From Bacteroidales bacterium (GTDB lineage Bacteria; Bacteroidota; Bacteroidia; Bacteroidales; UBA3663), in contig JAFWRO010000035.1 of the NCBI GenBank assembly GCA_017519885.1, forward strand, positions 31,427 to 95,426: a DNA stretch of 64,000 nt, in the 5' to 3' direction. A program made the translations under genes and the position numbers. Under the pieces are notes generated by a model, which saw only the letters and a list, made by a program, of their open reading frames with translations, was not told the origin of the DNA and did not search any database. This document shows, piece by piece, positions 59,010 to 64,000 of the stretch (the stretch's first letter is position 1; each line of letters opens with the position of its first letter).

Positions 59010-59566
59010 CAAACGAAGAAATCGAACGTCTGAAGGCAGAGAACGCATCGCTGCGTCAAGAACTCGAACGGTTGAAAAATGAAATCATCCGTCTGGTGAG
59101 TCGTAACCTCGATATCTCTGAACGACTGGAGGAGGATGTGGAACTTCGCCGTCGCGCCGAGGTAGCACGAGAACTATTCGAAGGCAACCTTGAGCGCCAA
59201 CGCAATGCCGACCTGCAGGACGACGCCCAACTTATGGGCCTCATTGAGCTGCGCGTCGAAGCTGAACGTCCGCACCTGAAAGCAGACTTCAGTTCCGCCG
59301 ACCTTGCCCATCTGCTCGGCGTGAGCCAGGAACGTCTCAATCGTCTTTTCCGCCACCAGTCTATCCACCGCACGCCCGAAGCCTACATCGACAACCTGCG
59401 CGTGCTGGCAGCTCTGCGTATGCTTCGCGAAAAGCCTCAGTGGACCATAGCTGCAATCGCAGAGGAGTGCGGACTTGGGAATATACGTACGTTGCAACGC
59501 CGCGTCCAGGAGGTGATTGGCATGACTCCTGCACAATATAGGCAGATGTTTGTCCCTGAAGAGTAA
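59006..59566 (+). CDS. Coiled-coil + AraC-type HTH domain protein
   Basis: The N-terminal heptads run EIERLKAENASLRQELERLKNEIIRL. The C-terminus is LAHLLGVSQERLNRLF...IAAIAEECGLGNIRTLQRRVQEVIGMTPAQYRQ. Its ATG overlaps the STAS stop (ATGA). Confidence 0.75.
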   Translation: MTNEEIERLKAENASLRQELERLKNEIIRLVSRNLDISERLEEDVELRRRAEVARELFEGNLERQRNADLQDDAQLMGLIELRVEAERPHLKADFSSADLAHLLGVSQERLNRLFRHQSIHRTPEAYIDNLRVLAALRMLREKPQWTIAAIAEECGLGNIRTLQRRVQEVIGMTPAQYRQMFVPEE

Positions 59567-59590
59567 CTTTTCACACACTTTTTACATAAT

Positions 59591-59655
59591 ACACGCCCCC
59601 AAAGCGACAGATTCAGAAGCTTGTCCATCTGGTTGTCGCTATATTGGGGGCGTGT
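59591..59655. other. Long interrupted hairpin after the HTH gene
   Basis: ACACGCCCCCAA-AGCGACA [24-nt loop] TGTCGCT-ata-TTGGGGGCGTGT gives 19 paired bases. Confidence 0.6.
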
Positions 59656-59711
59656 CGTCATATACGAAGCAAAATACAAGATAAATATTTGGAGAATGAA
59701 GAAATAGACCC

Positions 59712-59719
59712 TACCTTTG
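59712..59719 (+). promoter_or_regulatory. -7 box TACCTTTG
   Basis: cccTACCTTTGcaccag lies 50 nt upstream of the ATG at 59769. Confidence 0.45.
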
Positions 59720-59768
59720 CACCAGAGAAAACAAAAATCCTATTATTAACAAATAACAAAACAACAAT

Positions 59769-60197
59769 ATGAAAAAGTCTATTTTCTTCCTCTTCGCCCT
59801 CGTACTGACAAGTTGCCTTCCTCTTCAGGCCGACAACGACCAAGTAATCACCTTCGACCGTCTGCCCGCTACCGCCCAGGCAATGTTGAATCAAAACTTT
59901 GCCGACAAAGTTCCCCTGATAATCACTGCTGACTGGGACGACTACAAGGTGATGTACGCAAATGGCGAAAAAGTAGAGTTCGACAAAAGAGGCAACTGGA
60001 GGGATATCGAATGCAAGGCAAGCCAAGTGCCCACTGATCTGATTCCCGCACAGATTACAGCCAATGTGAACGCCACATTTCCTGGCTCGTCAATCACCGA
60101 AATTGATCGTGACCACTCAGGCTACAGCGTACAACTCAGCAACGGCTTGGAACTGGAATACAACAGACGTTTCCAAGTGATTGAGGTCGATGACTAA
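59769..60197 (+). CDS. PepSY-like (beta-lactamase-inhibitor-like fold) secreted protein
   Basis: It has a lipoprotein-like signal and a duplicated pattern: LPATAQAMLNQNF...VEFDKRGNWRDIEC / IPAQITANVNATFPG...LELEYN. Confidence 0.7.
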   Translation: MKKSIFFLFALVLTSCLPLQADNDQVITFDRLPATAQAMLNQNFADKVPLIITADWDDYKVMYANGEKVEFDKRGNWRDIECKASQVPTDLIPAQITANVNATFPGSSITEIDRDHSGYSVQLSNGLELEYNRRFQVIEVDD

Positions 60198-60240
60198 GCA
60201 TCATTGATACCAACTCCACTATAACCATAATACAGACAAT

Positions 60241-60270
60241 CCCCCCTTCGGCACAAATCCGGAGGGGGAA
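60241..60270 (+). terminator. Hairpin terminator after the PepSY-like gene
   Basis: The stem CCCCCTTCGG/CCGGAGGGGG has a 7-nt loop and is followed by a T-rich run. Confidence 0.6.
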
Positions 60271-60283
60271 TTGATTTTAAACA

Positions 60284-60314
60284 ACAAAAAAACACCCAGC
60301 AGAAAGCCGGGTGT
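60284..60314 (-). terminator. Rho-independent terminator of rplS (minus strand)
   Basis: On the minus strand, ACACCCGGC-tttct-GCTGGGTGT is followed by TTTTTTTG. Confidence 0.75.
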
Positions 60315-60343
60315 CACGTTGTGTTGTCTGTTCAGCGGTTTGT

Positions 60344-60706
60344 TTATTTTGCCACAGGAGCCTTGCGATCGCGAATGCGAGCAGCCTTACCCTGAAGGTT
60401 GCGGAGATAATAAAGCTTGGCGCGACGAACACGACCATACTTGTTGATCTCAACCTTCTCAATGAAAGGTGACTCCATTGGGAAAATACGCTCTACACCT
60501 ACGCCGTCAGAAATCTTGCGTACGGTAAAACGCTTCTTGGTACCATGACCCGAAATGCGGATCACAACGCCTCGGTACTGCTGGATACGCTCCTTGTTAC
60601 CCTCACGGATCTTGTAGGATACAGTAATCGTATCACCGCTCTGGAATGCTGGAAGCTCGTTGCCAGTGGCAAATGCCTCTTCAGCAATCTTCATCAAATC
60701 TGCCAT
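60344..60706 (-). CDS. rplS: 50S ribosomal protein L19
   Basis: The full-length match includes ...[29 protein letters not shown]...[18 protein letters not shown]...RRAKLYYLR. Confidence 0.97.
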   Translation of the reverse strand: MADLMKIAEEAFATGNELPAFQSGDTITVSYKIREGNKERIQQYRGVVIRISGHGTKKRFTVRKISDGVGVERIFPMESPFIEKVEINKYGRVRRAKLYYLRNLQGKAARIRDRKAPVAK

Positions 60707-60849
60707 AATGACTGAATTTAATTTAGTGGTTTATAATAAGAATTAATGGACCATCAGGCATAACTGGTAGCGTTCCCAGACATAGGCCTTGCATCCTGCC
60801 TCGCCCGGCATTCGTCGAAGAAGCCGCTAAAACTGGCCGAAAGCGGGTG

Positions 60850-60857
60850 CAAAGATA
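60850..60857 (-). promoter_or_regulatory. -7 box TATCTTTG (minus strand) about 145 nt upstream of rplS
   Basis: Plus-strand ggtgcaaagataca implies a long 5' leader. Confidence 0.4.
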
Positions 60858-60910
60858 CATCTTTTATCTCAAACAACGAAAATAATTGATGAAAAACTTT
60901 TGCACGGATT

Positions 60911-60949
60911 AAAAAATAATGTCGAAGCAGCAGATTTTGCCACTTCGAC
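60911..60949 (-). terminator. Rho-independent terminator of ackA (minus strand)
   Basis: The stem GTCGAAG/CTTCGAC is followed on the minus strand by ATTATTTTTT. Confidence 0.65.
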
Positions 60950-60999
60950 ATTGTTTTTATTTAAGTTATTCAGCCGCTGTAAGCTAGCGACAGACGCGT

Positions 61000-62196
61000 T
61001 TAGAGCGCGCTTACGATCTCCTCAGTATCGGTAGCAATCATCAGTTCCTCGTCAGTAGGAACGACAGCCACAGTGACCTTGGAGTCGGGGGTAGAGATGA
61101 TAGCCTCTTCGCCACGTACCTTGTTGTTCTTCTCGGCATCAAGCTTGATGCCCAGGAACTCCATATCCTCAAGCACACCAGCACGGAACAACTTATCGTT
61201 CTCGCCTACACCACCGGTGAAAGCAATAGCATCGACACCACCCATGGCAGCAGCGTATGCGCCGACGTACTTCTTTACACGATAGTAGTAAACCTGGAGG
61301 GCGCGCTTTGCATCCTCATCGCCATCGAGAGCCTTGAGGGTAGCATCACGCATGTCGCTTGAACCACAGAGGCCAAGCATACCCGACTTCTTGTTGAGGA
61401 AGGTGTCCATCTGAGCAGGAGAAAGTCCCTCCTTGTCCATGATGAAGGTAACAGCAGCAGCGTCGATATCGCCCGAGCGGGTGCCCATCACGAGTCCCTC
61501 AAGAGGGGTGAGACCCATCGAGGTATCAACACACTTGCCATTAACAACAGCCGACATAGAAGCACCGTTACCAATGTGGGCAACAATAATCTTCGAGTTG
61601 TTGGGGTCGAGACCCAGGTACTCGATGGTACGCTTGCTTACGAAGCGGTGTGAAGTGCCGTGGAAACCGTAACGACGTACGCTCCACTTCTTGTAGATGC
61701 TGAGCGGAATGGCATACATGAAAGCCTTCTCGGGCATAGTCTGATGGAATGCAGTATCGAAGACGGCTACTTGTGGAACTGTTGGAAGAAGTTCCTTCAC
61801 AGCCATGATGCCCTTGAGGTTAGCGGGATTGTGGAGAGGACCGAGGACTGCACATTCCTTGATGACATCGACAACCTCATCGGTAATCAAGCAGGACTTG
61901 GTGACCTTCATGCCGCCATGCAGCACACGGTGACCCACAGCCTGAATCTCTTCAGCCGACTTCAACACGCCATACTTCGGGTTAAGCAGATGCTCCTTGA
62001 AGACGAATTCAACGGCAGCAGTATGCTCGAGCATGAAGTTCTCAACGATGACCTTCGATCCATCGGGAGCCGTAAGCTTGAGGAACGAATCGGGCAGACC
62101 AATCTTTTCAACGCCACCTTGGGCAATGACGTTCTTGTTGTCGAATACCTTATACTTGAGGGAAGAGGAACCGCAGTTCAGTACGAGAATTTTCAT
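61000..62196 (-). CDS. ackA: Acetate kinase
   Basis: It shows MKILVLNCGSSSLKYKVF, GHRVLHGG, FDTAFHQTMP, RRYGFHGTSH and the rest of the family pattern. Confidence 0.97.
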   Translation of the reverse strand: MKILVLNCGSSSLKYKVFDNKNVIAQGGVEKIGLPDSFLKLTAPDGSKVIVENFMLEHTAAVEFVFKEHLLNPKYGVLKSAEEIQAVGHRVLHGGMKVTKSCLITDEVVDVIKECAVLGPLHNPANLKGIMAVKELLPTVPQVAVFDTAFHQTMPEKAFMYAIPLSIYKKWSVRRYGFHGTSHRFVSKRTIEYLGLDPNNSKIIVAHIGNGASMSAVVNGKCVDTSMGLTPLEGLVMGTRSGDIDAAAVTFIMDKEGLSPAQMDTFLNKKSGMLGLCGSSDMRDATLKALDGDEDAKRALQVYYYRVKKYVGAYAAAMGGVDAIAFTGGVGENDKLFRAGVLEDMEFLGIKLDAEKNNKVRGEEAIISTPDSKVTVAVVPTDEELMIATDTEEIVSAL

Positions 62197-62242
62197 TAAT
62201 TTACCTAGTTAATTTTTAATAGTTATTGTTTAAAAGTTAATG

Positions 62243-63277
62243 TTATTTGGCAGCAGCACGCTCCTTTGCGCCGATAGCCTGGTTGCAGGTAACGACGATG
62301 GTCTGATAAACCTCATCGACATTGCAGCCGCGAGAAAGATCGTTGACAGGAGCAGCAATACCCTGGAGGATTGGACCTACAGCGGTGCCGCCGGTGAAAC
62401 GCTGAACAAGCTTGTAGCAGATATTGCCTGCCTCAAGGCTTGGGAATACGAGGGTGTTGCAATGGCCAGCGATGGTGCTGCCCTTGGCCTTGCTGGCGCC
62501 AACACTAGGAACGATAGCGGCATCGGCCTGGAGTTCGCCATCAATCTGGAGATTGGGATCGAGTTCCTTAGCTACAGCGGTAGCTTCGACTACCTTATCC
62601 ACCATCTCGTGCTTGGCAGAACCCTTGGTCGAGAACGAAAGCATACCGACAACGGGAGTCTCGATGCCTGCGATGTCGTGAGCGGTCTGAGCCGAGCAAA
62701 CGGCGATCTGACCCAGCTGCTTGGCATCAGGACAGGGTGTAACAGCACAGTCGGCGAAGACGAGGATACCCTCCTTGCCGTAAGCCTTGGCAGCCTCATT
62801 CTCCATAATCATGATGAATGCGCCCGATACGCAAGAGATGCCAGGAGCTGTCTTGATGATCTGGAGTGCAGGACGAAGGACATCGCCAGTAGTGTTGCGT
62901 GCACCAGCCACCTGTCCGTCAGCTTCACCCGACTTGATAATCAGGGTGCCGAGATAGAGAGGATCCTTCACGAGTTCGGCAGCCTTCTCAGGGGTCATAC
63001 CCTTCTTCTCGCGGAGCTTGAAGAGGAGATCAGCATACTGCTGTGCCTTGGGATTATTAAGAGGCTCAACGATGGTAGCCTTATCGATGTTCTTGAGGCC
63101 ATACTCCTTAACAAGGGCTTCAATCTCAGCCTTTGCACCAATAAGGATGATGTCTGCAACGCCGTCACCAAGAATACGGTCAGCGGCCTGGATAGTACGT
63201 GGTTCGGTGCCCTCTGCGAGGACGATTCGCTGCTTATTGCCCTGGGCTTTGGCAACGAGTTGATCCATTAATGCCAT
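62243..63277 (-). CDS. pta: Phosphate acetyltransferase (short form)
   Basis: It shows ...KQRIVLAEGTEPRTIQAA..., ...SGADGQVAGA... and ...RGCNVDEVY.... It is adjacent to and co-oriented with ackA. The start is 63277 or 63268. Confidence 0.95.
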   Translation of the reverse strand: MALMDQLVAKAQGNKQRIVLAEGTEPRTIQAADRILGDGVADIILIGAKAEIEALVKEYGLKNIDKATIVEPLNNPKAQQYADLLFKLREKKGMTPEKAAELVKDPLYLGTLIIKSGEADGQVAGARNTTGDVLRPALQIIKTAPGISCVSGAFIMIMENEAAKAYGKEGILVFADCAVTPCPDAKQLGQIAVCSAQTAHDIAGIETPVVGMLSFSTKGSAKHEMVDKVVEATAVAKELDPNLQIDGELQADAAIVPSVGASKAKGSTIAGHCNTLVFPSLEAGNICYKLVQRFTGGTAVGPILQGIAAPVNDLSRGCNVDEVYQTIVVTCNQAIGAKERAAAK

Positions 63278-63362
63278 AGTGAAAATTTGTTAGATTTATT
63301 AGTTAGTGAAAAATGTTATAAGTTAATTGGCTATTCGAAAATAATAAGTCTGCATTCATGTG

Positions 63363-63370
63363 CAAAGATA
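63363..63370 (-). promoter_or_regulatory. -7 box TATCTTTG (minus strand) for pta-ackA
   Basis: Plus-strand gtgcaaagataata. Confidence 0.45.
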
Positions 63371-63486
63371 ATAATCTTTGAGCACATAACCAAGAGTTGG
63401 GACAACTTTTTAAAAAATTTGTCCGTTTTTATGAACAAAATCGGTTTTTCGGGGGAAAAACGGAATATAAATAAATCAAAATAAGG

Positions 63487-63527
63487 CAAAAAAGAATATC
63501 CCCTCCGAAAATAATCTGGAGAGGATA
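63487..63527 (-). terminator. Rho-independent terminator of the pseudouridine synthase gene (minus strand)
   Basis: On the minus strand, TATCCTCTCC-loop-GGAGGGGATA is followed by TTCTTTTTT. Confidence 0.7.
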
Positions 63528-63533
63528 AGTGTC

Positions 63534-64000
63534 TTAAGCCAACTGTGCGGCAAGCGCCTTCCATAGCGTGTCGTCGGGGACAGGAGCCACGATGACAACC
63601 TCCTGCTTGGAAACGGGATGGACGAACTGTGCCTGACGCGAATGCAAGGAGATGCCACCATCGGGATTAGACCGCGGAGCGCCATACTTCAGGTCTCCCT
63701 TGATGGGAAGACCAATGTTGGCGAGCTGACAACGTATCTGATGATGACGGCCCGTAAATAGTTGAACCTCAAGCAGCACATAACGCTCGGTGGAGGCTAT
63801 CACACGGTAATGCAGACGCGCCTCCTTGGCCCCCTGACGAGGTTCGCTGTAAGCGTAGGAACGGTTCTGCTTCTCGTTGCGGACCAAATAGTCGGTCAGG
63901 TCTTGTTCCTTGGGAGGCAAATCTGCGGTCGCTTCGGCAGCATTTTCACCAGCGCCCCATACATTTTCAACGATGCACCAATAGGTCTTGTGAACCTCGC
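63534..64000 (-). CDS. RluA-family RNA pseudouridine synthase, C-terminal part (5' end outside window)
   Basis: It shows ...LFTGRHHQIRCQLANIGLPIKGDLKYG.... The reading frame is open to the window edge. Confidence 0.85.
   Translation of the reverse strand, partial: EVHKTYWCIVENVWGAGENAAEATADLPPKEQDLTDYLVRNEKQNRSYAYSEPRQGAKEARLHYRVIASTERYVLLEVQLFTGRHHQIRCQLANIGLPIKGDLKYGAPRSNPDGGISLHSRQAQFVHPVSKQEVVIVAPVPDDTLWKALAAQLA

Overview
This is a 64-kb chromosomal segment from a Bacteroidota genome, Prevotella/Segatella-like by content. Supporting signs are a SusC/SusD pair, T9SS-type C-terminal sorting tails, TAnnTTTG -7 promoter boxes (often TATCTTTGCA) upstream of many genes, and no Shine-Dalgarno sites. 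All calls come from reading the sequence and ORF translations by eye; no searches were run. I support about 50 protein genes and no rRNA, tRNA or CRISPR. Core content: (i) a polysaccharide-utilisation locus at about 8-27 kb, with SusC, SusD, a lipoprotein, a lyase-like/GH88 fusion, GH2, an SGNH esterase, an acyltransferase, a histidine phosphatase, an AraC regulator and a kinase-less propeller/Y_Y_Y/LuxR sensor. (ii) Housekeeping genes: DEAD-box helicase, FtsH, rplS, pta-ackA, cyclophilin and a pseudouridine synthase. (iii) A TonB-receptor/DUF4876-like/beta-barrel/metzincin/S46 peptidase/LRR locus at about 40-51.5 kb. (iv) A SpoIIE-GHKL/STAS/HTH partner-switching module at about 56.7-59.6 kb. 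The left 8 kb looks accessory. It holds a HepT/MNT toxin-antitoxin cassette bracketed by a 22-bp direct repeat, and a partly AT-rich cassette of mini-ORFs, a membrane protein, a LuxI/GNAT-like protein and a ThiF-like E1 next to a PAS-LuxR regulator. That cassette is my best candidate for an undescribed system. The most unusual non-coding signals are four. First, three tandem arrays with a 41-42 bp period (30 units in total), each unit centred on a GGCC palindrome; one array keeps exact 42-bp phase through a change of unit type. Second, a ~115-140 bp palindromic element present twice, each time between a promoter box and the start codon of an unrelated gene, with conserved mutually exclusive pairings. 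Third, several families of 7-10 bp tandem repeats fill intercistronic gaps and abut stop and start codons. Fourth, one of those families appears in frame inside the sensor-regulator gene.
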